Part shown: positions 12,401 through 25,300 of the stretch, piece by piece
Position numbering within the stretch: the first letter of the stretch is position 1
Layout of the letters: every line of letters begins with the position of its first letter
Source: Antedon mediterranea
Taxonomy: Eukaryota; Animalia; Echinodermata
Direction of reading: 5' to 3'
Assembly (NCBI RefSeq): GCF_964355755.1
Contig: NC_092679.1
Location: 20,815,432-20,879,431, forward strand
Length of the DNA: 64,000 nt
Notes under the pieces: generated by a model
Seen by the model: only the letters and a program-made list of their open reading frames with translations
The model's database searches: none
Told to the model about the DNA's origin: nothing
Translations under genes and position numbers: made by a program

Positions 12401-15400
12401 CTAGTTACGTCGTGTTAATTTATTGTGGGTATTCAGTCACATTACGATGTACCACATAGTTTTAATGAATTCTTGTTAAAGATGACAACTAATGACTATA
12501 TATGCAATAGGTCATAGGTCATTGCAAATCAAAAGCTTCTCATTCTCTTTACCATACTACAGTAGTATCAAATATTAGCATAACTAACCTTTTGTTCTTT
12601 GAATCGGCCATCTTTGATACTTCCGCACAAGTCATCCATTCTCTTTCTTTCAATAACATAATCCAACACAGCTTCTTTGTTAGTTTGTTGAGGGACCACA
12701 CCTTTCTGCTTTTCACGTGCTACCCACAAAAAATCACCCACCTGAAGTTTACGAACATCGAGTGCAATGTTGTTCTTCTGCAAACCTTCAAGTAATTGTT
12801 TCTTCCTTTTGCTTGCCCTAAAAAAAATGTTTTACAATCTATATCTATATTATAAGAGAGAGATAGTTTATTCGTTATATAGTCAACTCTCCCAACACCG
12901 GACACCTTTGGGCTAGCCTAGTTTTCCGGAAAGTCTGGTATTCAAAATGTGTTTTTAATGGTAAAAATGAATTTGGAACCTTTTTAACCTCAAGAGAAGT
13001 CTGGTTTTGGGAGAGTTTTCGGTTTACAAAAGCAAAACAGCATTCATCTACAAACATGAAAAGTTTAAAGGTAAAATAACAATAATTGTATAGCGCCTAC
13101 ACAAAATAAATTTTCTCTAAAAAGTGCTACAACCTCAAGGCTCGAACTACTATAGGTAGAAATTACGTCATTTCATATGCTATACGAAAGAGATGGGTTT
13201 TCAGCAACTATTTGAAGATGCCTTTAGCCAAAATCAAATAAACTCACCCTCCAATCTCACAGTTATCAACACAAAGAATGATCTCAAACGTTTCAGGATG
13301 TAGGAAAAACTCTGGCTCAAGTACACTATTTAAACCATTCTCATTGGTTCTACTAGCTGTATTAACGTCATTATCTGACCAATGAGAACCAAGAGTGTCT
13401 CTAGCTAGATTGGATCTGCTGGATGTACTAGCACCTGCCCAATTAACTCCAAACTTGTTTGTTGCTAAATCAGTACTAGCACCATTTACTATCCATTCTG
13501 TTGCAGTCTGCTTTGCACCATTTGAAGTTGTCCAATCAGATCTATTATTCAGTATTTTTGCATTATTTGAATTTGTAGTTGACCAATCAGAATTCAGTTC
13601 TGTAGGGAATGTTGAAGTAGCAGATGCTGTTTGGTTGTTTACCTTCTTTGGCTTCTTTGGTACGCTTGATTTCGCAGTGTCAGTGACAGGCCGTTTTTTA
13701 ACTTTATAAAAAGAATAGAGGAGGATATAATAATATAAGCTATAAGTTACCAATCAAAATTTCCTATAGCATACAAGCCTATTTTCAGTCTTGTACACAA
13801 CAAGATATTTGCAACAAAAATTACCATGGGTAAATTATTTAGGTTGGCAACTAATATATACATTATATAGAGGACACAAGTAATTATGTAAAGTTTTCCA
13901 AAATCAATTGTGCTTTATAGAAATCAATTTAGTTGCAGTTAAACAAGATAAGAATTGGCTAATACTTCAATTGAAAAAACAGTTTGTGTTCAACTGCCAT
14001 CATGTACATTTTGAAAGCCCATCATATGGCCCATTTCAGGGCACTATTTTTGCAATGGTGCCCAGGCAAATTTAAACTAACGCAACGGTTACCATACCTT
14101 TTGGTTTGTGTTGGATTCCGGGGCAGATATCTGTAGCCTGATCATTATCTATGTACACATATCTCATACCAGGAGGGGATGGTCTTGAATCTTCCAGGTA
14201 CTTTATATTGAACTGAATTAACTCACTTTCAATGCATTTTACAAGGAAGCCAACTCCAAAATTATCTACAATCAAAAACAGCAGATTTTTCATATTACTC
14301 TTATCTCATTATTTCCAACAGCGAGTAACCAATTACAGGATGGATAAACTATTTAATAATTTATCATGCTTATAACTAAGTCCCATTTTGAGGCTAGGGA
14401 GTGGAGTTGAAAGATTCATGAGTTACAACCCTGGCACTAGGTCAGGATTGAACCCCGGAGCTTGGGATTGGAAGGCAAGCACGTTAACCACCAAGCTACA
14501 GCTCCACTACATTATAAAACAAAGAACGGCATGTGATGCATAATTCACCACTCAGGTGTGTTATTAACATAAAATAAGATAAATCATTTACTTAAACCAA
14601 TCTACATTTCGTTTAGTAAATAACTGTAATAGTGTACGTACTTTAGTACTCTTCTCTTACCATCAATGAGGACCTCGGCAGAGTCCTTACTGCAGACTTC
14701 CCTCCCTTTATCGTCCACATACGTATATTGGAAAGATGTAGGTTTGGTGGATGTATGAGGTTGATTGTCTACTAGTTGTCTAGCATCAAAACCATTGTGT
14801 CTGCAAAGCAAACGTTTTGTCAGAATCAATAAGAATGGGTTGGTATATTCTCAAGTTAATTATATAACCGCTTTGAAAAAAAAAACCATATCTTAAGCTC
14901 TGTCTACACTATTAAACTAGTTTGAGAAAAAAAAGTGTGATGTGCCCAAATATGGTAGTGATATGGCTGAAAATGGTAGTGATATGACATCATCATGTCC
15001 ATATATGGGCATATCACATTTTTTTGTCACATAAATTTTGATATTGTAGACAGAGCTTAAGCTTACTTACTCATTTCTGAAATGTGCCTGGGGGGGTTGT
15101 GGAGGTGCTATTGTTGGTAGTTCTGGTAACCTCAACGGATCAACAGGTCGCATGTGGATAGGTCCATCTACGGTCAGCGTCCTGGCTTGATCATGTCCAA
15201 CCTCCAGCTTTTGAGCCAAAGTACATCCTTCTGGGGTTATGGTATATCTGAAACAAATTTGCATAACATTTAGTCAGTAAAAGTATCTCTTAATGATAAA
15301 TAATTTAAAGTAACTGCAATACTAATAGTAAATTTTCATGATGTAAGATTACGGTCTCATCGTTCTGTTGGATGGCATTGGAAGAGGATGGAAGATTGAC

Positions 15401-17216
15401 CTTACCTGGACGGGTTACCTTCTCTTGCGACCAATCCCTTGGTAATCAATGTGCTCATGGATGACCAGGCAGTGTACCGACAACCAGGATCAGGCTAAGG
15501 TAATAAAACACACAATTCTTCATGTTAAACTACCGAATCATTTATACGAAAGTAATTTTGGTAGAGAAAATAGACTTTGTATCAGCAGCTTGGTGGTTAA
15601 CATGCTTGTATTCCAATCTGAAGGTCCGGGGTTTAATCCTGACGTAGTGTCAAGGTTGTAACTCACAACTTTTTCTACTCCACTCCATAAGTCACAAATG
15701 AGAAGAAGCATGATAAATTATCATTTTTTCTTTCGATAATTGGCGAGTTTCTCATTGTTGGATTCGCATGAAATACCTGTACTACCAGATCCAGTAAGAT
15801 TGCCCACTTAAAAACTTAATTGCAACCAGCTATGGCCATGGGAGCGCAAACCTGTACAAGATAGCCTATATGATGGCGATTGTACAGTAGCTACCAGATC
15901 CAGAAATTAAAAAAAAAAATCATACACCCTAGTACCCTATTTCCTTACCACTGTCATTGATTTTTCGCTGAGTTCTTGAGCTGCTTTTTGTAATTCAGGT
16001 TTCTTCATAAATCCTTTACTGTATGGATCCTATAAGAAAAGTAGAACGATAAAGATTTATAAATCTACCAAAACTATATCCCACAACACTGTACATGCTG
16101 TCTGTGATTGTTAGTAGGCCTTACACTACAATGTAAATGAAAATTACTTATAATAAAAAAACACCTTAGAAAATTGTTACCAGTGATTGTGAAGATGATC
16201 AAGAATGATGACTGTGATATGATAACGACAAAGATGAATGATGAAGAAAATCACAACAACCATACCTGAAAATCCTGGTACAGAGTAAGTATCAACGCAT
16301 ACGGTCCGGAACGGTAAGCTGGAATGTATTCCTTTGGCGCACTAGGAACAGGAGGCTAAACAAAAAGACAAAATGATGAAAAAATAATAAGGATCAAATT
16401 CTAAAAGTAAACAACAGAAAAACAGAAAATAATAATGTTAAATGTGGGTAGGCCAATATGGATTTTACCTTTTTTCGTTTTTTAACTTTAGTTGCTGGAG
16501 TTTCATCCTCACTTTCACTGCTAACATCCATATTTAGACCTGTAATTTAAATTTAATAAATAAAACTTTAATGTAGAATTTGAGAGTATTATAACAATTA
16601 GAATTTGAGAATATTACTTACCGATACCGGTAATATAAATAATAATATAATTTAATTCAATTCAAGATTGTTTGAACAGTTTAAAACTAGGATACAAGCA
16701 ATTAATAGAGAGTATCTATCTTTTAAATCTATCGTATGGTATTATTTAGAAGAGAAAAAAGAAGAAAAAGTTACTAGCAAATAGGTTTTTTTTAACTTAC
16801 CATTTTCTTCTTTGTATGTGGCCAATTTCTTATCCAGCATTTTACAAAGTTTATCTCCAAAAAATTCAAGAATCTTTACATCTTGTCCACATTGGACAGG
16901 TAATGGGTACTTTTTGAGTGACCTCAGTGCCTAGTAGTAGATAATCAACAAAAAAATAAATCGTCTAGGCCTAGATCCAGATCTAAACACTACTAACGGT
17001 CAATACCGTATAATCAGCGGCTCACCACGTCCTCTCTCCTAGCTACCTACTAGAGACGCACTGACATGAGGCCTAACAACACGTTTGTGGGTACAGTAAA
17101 ACCTTCTATTTACTTACTTTTCCATACGTATATTGTGATTTCCATGACTGTGCCTGGGCTTCATCTTTCCATTCGGTTAACCATTGAATAAATAGCTTTT
17201 TCACAGAAAACCCCAT
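9500..17216 (-). CDS. MUS81: Crossover junction endonuclease MUS81, 17 coding exons
   Basis: GT-AG exons with compatible phases: 17118-17216, 16801-16930, 16469-16539, 16266-16355, 15949-16029, 15406-15494, 15071-15247, 14661-14800, 14098-14265, 13248-13701, 12589-12817, 12061-12177, 11739-11834, 11382-11507, 10494-10597, 10003-10086, 9500-9566. Motifs: N-terminal HhH ([34 protein letters not shown]), winged helix ([18 protein letters not shown]), ERCC4 nuclease ([38 protein letters not shown]), C-terminal HhH ending [21 protein letters not shown]. Confidence 0.96.
10989..11330 (-). mobile_element. Probable LINE 3' UTR remnant in a MUS81 intron
   Basis: Minus strand ends in a stem-loop (tcaaacctgttagtggcggtatttatcgctgttggttttga) followed by an (AATAA)n tail. 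Confidence 0.45.
14340..14505 (-). mobile_element. Degenerate tRNA-derived SINE
   Basis: Minus strand tagcttggtggttaacgtgcttgccttccaatccc...ggggttcaatcctg (A and B boxes). Related copies at ~15583-15700 (+), 25120-25280 (-), 26310-26370 (-) and possibly 23920-23990 (+). Confidence 0.65.
14895..15059. mobile_element. MITE family A copy
   Basis: agctctgtctacact...ttgtagacagagct with TA/TAA flanks and internal ggtagtgatatg repeats. Confidence 0.85.
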
Positions 17217-17254
17217 AATTTATAAAAAGATGTTTTTCACTCAACAAAAAGTCA

Positions 17255-17320
17255 CATTTCACGATATATGTACGCGCGCTCAACTCAAAACCAAAAAATA
17301 AACAAACTTCGGAAGTAACT
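17255..17320 (-). promoter_or_regulatory. Probable MUS81 core promoter
   Basis: CpG patch (tacgcgcgc) and a near-palindromic ETS-like ACTTCGGAAGT ~55-100 bp upstream of the ATG. Function inferred from position. Confidence 0.45.
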
Positions 17321-17942
17321 AAATAAAGTTTCTAGCGGTCCAATAATATTACGTAATACTGCATAATCATAAAACATGATGTACAGTACTTTATACCAAA
17401 AGACTTTATTTTTCATGGTAACATTATTATAAAATAAAACATTATTCTTTGTAATTTTACAATATTTCAAACATAATACATATACACATTTAAATACATT
17501 ATGAGCAGCAATAAATTTGTCAGCAATAAATCTATATATGATTCAAATCCAGTTAAAACATTATTTATAGGAAGGAATATTACTGATCTGTAGACAGCAA
17601 GGGAAAGGAAAAGTCAATTGGAATCTTTACATTGATAGTTGAAAATAAGTGACTGTGTTGACTACAAGGGTGTCCTTTGTGTAGGTTAAAACATATATTG
17701 TCCCTCGTTTGTTTCACAGTAAAGTGTCCCCATGCCTTAATTGGAGTGTCCAAAAGGAGAGGCTATGCTTTACTACATAAAACCTGTTCTCAATAGTTGT
17801 ATGCGAAACAACATTAAGGTCTACCAGAATAATGGAATTTAAATTCTTTATGTCGTAATATAGACATTTTTACAATCATCTTGTAATTATTGTCCATGTG
17901 GAATGTAAGACATAATTATTTGAGATACACACTTACTCTCTT

Positions 17943-18088
17943 AAGCTCTGTCTACACTATCAAACTAGTTTGACAAAAAGTGTGATGTTCAAAATTAGGG
18001 TAGTGATATATCAAAATATCATCATGTCCATATATGGTCACATCACATTTTTTGTCACATAAAGTTTGATAGTGTAGACAGAGCTTTA
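17943..18088. mobile_element. MITE family A copy
   Basis: Perfect TIR agctctgtctacactatcaaact / agtttgatagtgtagacagagct. Further copies at ~9648-9931 (interrupted), 18821-18968, 20733-20873, 30800-30963 and 34433-34577. Confidence 0.85.
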
Positions 18089-19363
18089 GACGATTAAAGA
18101 GTGAAAAAAACCTGGAATATAACAAAAAATATATTAAAGATACAGTATGTACTTTTTATTTATTACTAAGAATAAGAACTGTGCTAAACAAATTTCATAT
18201 AAAAATAATCTTTATGTATAAATTAGTTATCCTCAATAGTACTTATTAATTTCGTCTTTGTAAAACTATATAATTTCAACCTAAAATATCAAGTTTGAAA
18301 TTCGTCATATACATTCATCCCTATAATTCAGTATTACTATTTCATGATTGGTTAATATTGGTTTAATGCTCATTTATAAGCCACCAGGTTATGGAGAACG
18401 CTTAAATAGATGTAAAGTTCAATATGTATTCTTGGTTTTGAGATAGTGAGAGAGAAGCACACGGTATACTATGGAAGGATTACTATAAGTTAACTTATTT
18501 CTCCATGCTATACCTCACAAGGACTGAAAATAGACCAGCACACAATTAAGTATTTGGGCAGCAGGTTCAAGAAACGATTCAAGGTCTTTTAAAAATGTTT
18601 ATAGTACAGAATAGAAATGATATAAAAACCAATGGGTTAGAGAACTAGGTGCACCCTTATTTCAACAGAATTAATTTGTTCTATATGCTAAACCATCAAC
18701 CACCATCACTACAACCATTAGTATCACTAAAACAAACAGCAAATATCATCACAAATAAATTGTCTAAAATTTAATTCCAAGGAATGATTGTGAAGAGTTT
18801 GGAATCTATTTAGCCTATGTAAAGCTCTGTCTACACTATCAAACTATTTTGACAAAAAAAGTGTGATGTGTCTAAATATGGTAGTGATATGCTCAAATAT
18901 AGTAGTGATATGACTTCATCATGTCCATTTTTTGTCACATAAAATTTGATAGTGTAGATAGGGCTTTAGATGCTTTGTGTGAGAATAAAATGTGGTTCTA
19001 TAGGAGATAGTTGTAGTCTAGCAGAATAATATGTAATGATTATTTTCCAAAACTAAATGTAGATTTAACAGTCATGGATAACTGTGAAAATTTGTATTAG
19101 GGCCTGTACGACACACAGCAGGCAGCAGTGAAGCACCTACCAAGATAAGCACACACCGAGATGATCTTCTGCTCTTTTCTTTACATAGTGTACATACAGT
19201 GTATGTTAAACCAGGATTCTCACGGGGACATAGTAACACAAAGACATAAGCGCACCGTAAGTAATTCGACCAATCACAATTGGTCAACAATATTTAAAAT
19301 ACACTATATGTACACAGGACCAACAGCGTTATGTCCAATCAAGAATTTACTGTTAAAACTAAA

Positions 19364-22300
19364 TCATGCTGATAGTGATATACTGCTGTTATCCGAGGCC
19401 ATCAGGAAGAGTTTCTGCTTTGGTAGAATTTCTAAAGCACTCAGATTTCCTTTAAGAACATCAGCTCGTATCTTAGTGTTGTACCAATTGGCCTAGAAAT
19501 ACAGTAGAACAAAAAAAAAATGGTTTAGAAAAATAAACAAAGAAAATGACACCACAATTACACATATATAAATACATAAACATGAGTACTGATTGACTGC
19601 AAGTAAAATCCCTAGGTGGGCTTTACAGAAAAAAACAATCGTATTTCCCAACCCCACATCCCATTGGTCTAATTTATTTATACTCTCTCAATACTGGTAA
19701 ATATGTCTGGTATCACTGGTGTATTCTGGTACATGTGTTTTTAAAAAATTCAAATCTTTTGAACTTTAAAAAAAAAAGGGGTTTTTTGGGAGAGTTCCTA
19801 GTTTACAGAGAATTTGGAGAGTTAACTGCAGATAGAAAAAATATTGTTTTGAAAGCCGTTACCTGTGATGATATTGAGTTATAGATGCCAATACGGTTAG
19901 ACGTTGTACCAGAAACAATCTCATTCTGGCAAATAGAGAAACAATGCACTGGCTCACTAATACCTAAAATGTAGAATATGTTATGATCTTGTGTTATTCT
20001 ATATTTATGTAATTTACTTGTAACATAGCAGAAACTCTAAACCTATTCTGAATTTAGTGAATTTCTGCTGTATAATAACATTTAATTGAAAACAGATTTT
20101 CTTTGTTAAGCTCTGTCTACACTATCAAATTTTATGTGACAAAAAAATGTGATTTGCCAATATGGACATGATGATGTCATAACACTACCATATTTGAGCA
20201 TATCACTACCATTTTTGGGCACATCACATTAGTTTGATAGTGTAGACAGAGCTTTAAGTTCATTGTTAACACTACTGTATACTCTTAGCATGTGTTTATA
20301 CATGACATATTGTACCTCTAAACGAACAAAGGCGATGGCCGTCATCTCTCCACAATGCCATGCTATGATCTACTGAAGAGGTAACAAAGCTTCTATCTGT
20401 GTGCGCTTTTATCTAAACAGGAATGAAATCCAAAAGAAATTCAAATTAAAGGAGAAAATATTGGGTTTTTTTTAAAAGTAGTAAAAAATCATGGAGAATT
20501 TTTCAAGCAAGGAAGCATTTTTAGCAATAAATTAAATTGTTATATTTACGGAAATGAACATACCTGTAAAATTTCTCCTTCATGTACCTTCCACCCACCT
20601 AGTAGAAGTCCAGTCCTCAGGTCAACCATTGACAGCACACCAGATGACAGACCAACACCTAACAGGTTACCCTCTTTATTGACAGCTAGGCAGCGAATCA
20701 AACCTGTAACAAAAAAATATATATATTCTGTTAAGCTCTGTCTATACTACTATCAAAAAAAATGTGATGGGCCCTTATATGGACATGATGATGTCATATC
20801 ACTACTATATTTGGGAATATCACTACCATATTTGGGCACATCACACTTTTTGATAGTGTAGACAGAGCTTTATACCTAATTTTTTTCTAGATATTTAACA
20901 TTATTATTGAAGACAAACTTTCTAACCTAATGGACCAGATGTAACCTTGAATTCTTGTTTCATATCCTTTATTCTTGTGTCAATCATTCGGACGCTGGCA
21001 TCGGATGTCCCGGCCAGCAACGTACAACTCGGAGCAGGACACTTGACCAGGACAGTAGCCGAGGTTCTGGGCATGTCATACTGCCGAATCTGAGCACCTT
21101 TGAATGGATCCCATATCTGTAAATCATATAGCATAGATTACTATTAGTACGTTAATACAATGTCTTTCCAATACTTTTCGTGTTAGTCCTCAAAGCACTA
21201 GATAACTGATCATGAGAAAAATAAATACTGAGCGCTTTAATAAATCATTTATTCCTACTGTAATTAGATCCTACAATGGTATTCTAAGAAGATAATGCTG
21301 TGCAAAATGAACCTAATTTTATTTGTTTCTCTCTGTGTTTTTTGACATATCTTATATTTCTATCATGATTGTTGTGCTTGTGTTTGCCTTTTTGTGTACT
21401 TTTTAAATGTTTTTATGAATTTTTGTCTTATCACAACAACGATGACTATGAAGCTTAAAAATTGTTTTCCCAAGCCTTCTTTGTAATTGAGAATTCCAGT
21501 TTTTAGTTAAAATGACATGCATGAGTGAATTTTCTTAGTACTATAGTTAATAGTAGAAGACTATTAATTGTTTTTAAAAGATCATGGTTTTCAATTGATG
21601 CTGTCTTGGGATAACAGGAATTTCTAAGTCTAATGATGATGTTAATGTTGATCATGATTAAAAAAGGCAGGACAAATGTCTCACATGAACAGTGCCATCA
21701 CAAGAAGCAGCCAGTCTAACAGACTCCAGGAATGTTACAGAAAAAGCTGCACGTTTATGCAAGTAGTATGTCCAGCGAGACGATGCCTTATGGCTGCCAT
21801 TGCCATGACTCGTCAGAGACCACACACGCACAGTCTTGTCTTTGCTAGCGCTAAAAAACGTCTGCTCATCATCAAGTACGTGTAAGGAACGAATACCTCC
21901 ACTGTGGCCTAAAAAAAATTAAATCTTGTCGTGTCACGAAAAATTATTCTTATACAGTATTTGTTTTCAATCTGCAGCAATTAATGAATTAGTTATTACA
22001 GTAGAGCTTTGGGAAAACCTCTATTCAGGGGACAACTTCTCACATTAATGGATACCTTCTTGCGAAACAAACAAGGGGCAATATAAGTTTAAACACTATT
22101 GCCAACCCCTATTTAAAGGACAATCCTATTATGGGAAACTTTGTTGAGTCCCCTTAATAAAAAAAAGTTCACTCACCAACGAAAGATTGTAGTTTTAACT
22201 GACAGAAACTTAAGTTTTGATCATGATTTTCTAAAAATGGACAATAAAAAAATGTTATATGCAAGACATTTTAAAACTAGAACTAGTGCATGCAAAAACC

Positions 22301-25300
22301 AATTATGAATTGTGTTTATTATTCTTTATGGTGTAAATTTAAACATTTTTGGTGTAAATAAATATAGACATAAGCTTAGACATACTGAAACAATATTACT
22401 GTACATACCAATATACTGCTGCCAATATTTGAACCATGTGCCCATTAAATGTCGGTCACTCTTTTTTTTCCTTTTGAAAACAACGAATCAATTAAATGAT
22501 AATAATGAAATTTAATATGTTTTTTTGGGAAATAGCATGGTGCAAAACAAAAAGTCATACTGTCTAAGTTTTAAAAAATACCCTAAATTGCAACCTATAC
22601 ATAATATTTGTTATGAGACCAAGTTTCATTCAAGTGAGGTACTTTTTCAGTGACTCCAGTCACTAATTTAACTGACATGATTATTTGAGTGAAGTACTTA
22701 TTTGAGTGAGGCACTTATTTCAGTAAGGCAGTCACTCATGTGAGGCTCTTATTTGAGTGAAGTACTTATTCGAGTGAGGCACTTATTCCAGTAAGGCACT
22801 CATTCATGTGAGGCTCTTATTTGAGTGAAGTACTTATTCAAGTGAGGAACTTATTGAAGAAAGCCATTTATTTGTGAGGCACTCATTTGAGAGAAACACT
22901 TATTTGAGTGAAGTATTTATTCAAGTGAGGAACTTATTGAAAGCCATTTATTTGTGAGGCACTCATTTGAGAGAAACACTTATTTGAGTGAAGTACTTAT
23001 TCGAGTAAGGCACTCATTCGAGTAAGGCACTCATTCGTGTGAGGTAATCATTCGAGTAAGGCACTTATTTGAGTGAGGCTTAGACATTTATTTAGGGTAA
23101 ACAATAAAACTTACAACAAGCCTGGTTTTACAATTCCTTTACTCATGATGGGAGAAGAACTACGCTGAACATCCTCCAGCCTACCATTCCTCAGCAGCGT
23201 TTGTTCTATGGGGATGCTTGATATAGCTGACGTGTTTGAGATATCAATGCGATTACCAGTCATTGTCACATTTGTCCCAAAGCTGCCACAATATTCATCC
23301 TCATCCAGTCGACTTGGTTGAACTGTTTAATGAACAAAACCATGTAAAGAATTTTACATATGAAATTTCATTAAATTAAATATGGTAAAGTTTGTTACTG
23401 TTATATACACTAGAATAAAATGTTTTAAATATGATATGAAAAAATGTTATCTTACCAGAAGCACCGATATCAACAAACCAACAAGTGTTTCTTCTGCTGT
23501 CATCTTCAAAAAAAAAAAATAAATAAATATTTTAATGATTTTGAAGCAAGTTAGGGTGTTGAAACGAGTTAACAATCTCCTATTAAAACGAAGAGAAATA
23601 CAGAATACCATAATATCAAATGTGTTTAAGACAAGAAATATTTGTGATTTGGGTAGCAAAGTTGTAAATTGGTAATAGTAGTCAAAAACAAACAATAGTT
23701 TACCATCAGATCCTTCACTAGCAGCTGGTGATAGCAAGGCATTCATAGCGATTCTTTCTTCTGCTAAAGCTTTCTCGTGTGCATTGGATAACTTCCAGAT
23801 TAAATCACTGTTCTCAATGTGGTTTGACATGTAAATACTAAAGGAAAAAACCCACAGAAATACATACATAAATTAGAATATAAAATAAACAAAAACCAAT
23901 AATGTCAAATATAGTGGAGTGGTATATTGGTGGGTTTGATGCCTGCCTCCAAATTAACTGCTACTGAGTTCAAATTCTGCCTCAGTCAGGTTTTTTTCTT
24001 ATAATGAAAAAAAAAGTTCACACCGTTCCCCAAGCCTCATAATGATCTTATAGTTTGAAAGAAAGATTTACCGTAGGTCAGTGTCAGGTGGCACTGCTCT
24101 TGCAGCTGCTGTGGGTTATTGGAACTAAGGCCTTACTTCAGATCTACAATACACTGGACTATTATTATCACACCAATCATTAATTAATTTTACCAATTTT
24201 ATTGAGAGTATGAACCAGCAATACAATAAAATGTACTGTTACTTACTCTCCGATGAGATGACAGAGTGGAATGTAAGCTGCGTTGGCTAGTTCTGGTGTG
24301 AACGACTGCTGAAGCTGCTGGCGAATATCACCAAAACCTTCGCTCTCTTCAAACATCTCCAAAGTTTCTTGTGACATGGCTATTAATAAAATGTGATGTG
24401 AACAGACGGTGAAATAAATTACCAAATATAAGAACAGTACAAATAAAAAAATGCATGTTGATGATGATGGTGATGTTGATAACAATTGTGGTAGTGATGT
24501 GAGGTTGTTGTTGATGTTGATAAAGATGATGTTGTTAATAACAATGATGACTATGAAGTAGAAACAATTTGCAGAGTACTGATGATGCTAATAATGACGA
24601 TGATTATATTTTTTATGTTATGATTTTTGATGATTAAATGCTTAAAAAAATAGAACAAAAAGAAACTTACGAGAATTGCTAATTTGATCGGACAATGAGC
24701 TGCCAAGTTGTGTGTTAAGTGATGATGTATTCTCTTCTTCTCCTTTCAAATTCTCAAGCTTGGTTGGCGTACCAATCTTGTAGGATCTTGTGTTGCTGTC
24801 CATCTTAATCTCGCAATACATATCCTCACTGTCAGTACTTAGTGTAAGACTTGTGTTGCGCTCATAAGCTGCGAATGATGGAGAAGTATAACTTGGTCAC
24901 ATGAAAAAACTTTTTAGAAAATATCTTCATAGTTTTGCAATTGCACAGGTGTCTATAGAAAATATTTATCTGTCCGTCAATATCTTTCCAATGTTATTAA
25001 ATACAAGGTAAATAATCCTTCAATTTGAAATGGCAGCCATAAGGGACACTGTATCAAAAAATGCAGGTCTGGGCATACAAATTAAAACTTTTTTTTTTTT
25101 ATTTCATATGCATCCTCCAACAGCAAGTAACTCGCCAATTACAGGGTGGATAAACTATTTTATAATTTATCATGCTTATAAAGTCTCATTTGTTGAAAGA
25201 GTCGTGAGTTACAATCCTGGCACTACAGTAGGTCAAGATTGAACCCTGGACCTTGGGATTGGAAGACCATAGTGTTTAACATTCATTTAGAATTTAACAG

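Noticed and set aside
24072-24143. 72-nt exon-like segment in a WDR81 intron (possible poison exon)
   Set aside because: It has AG/GT ends but in-frame stops and a weak pyrimidine tract, and the flanking exons join in phase without it; unsupported without RNA data.
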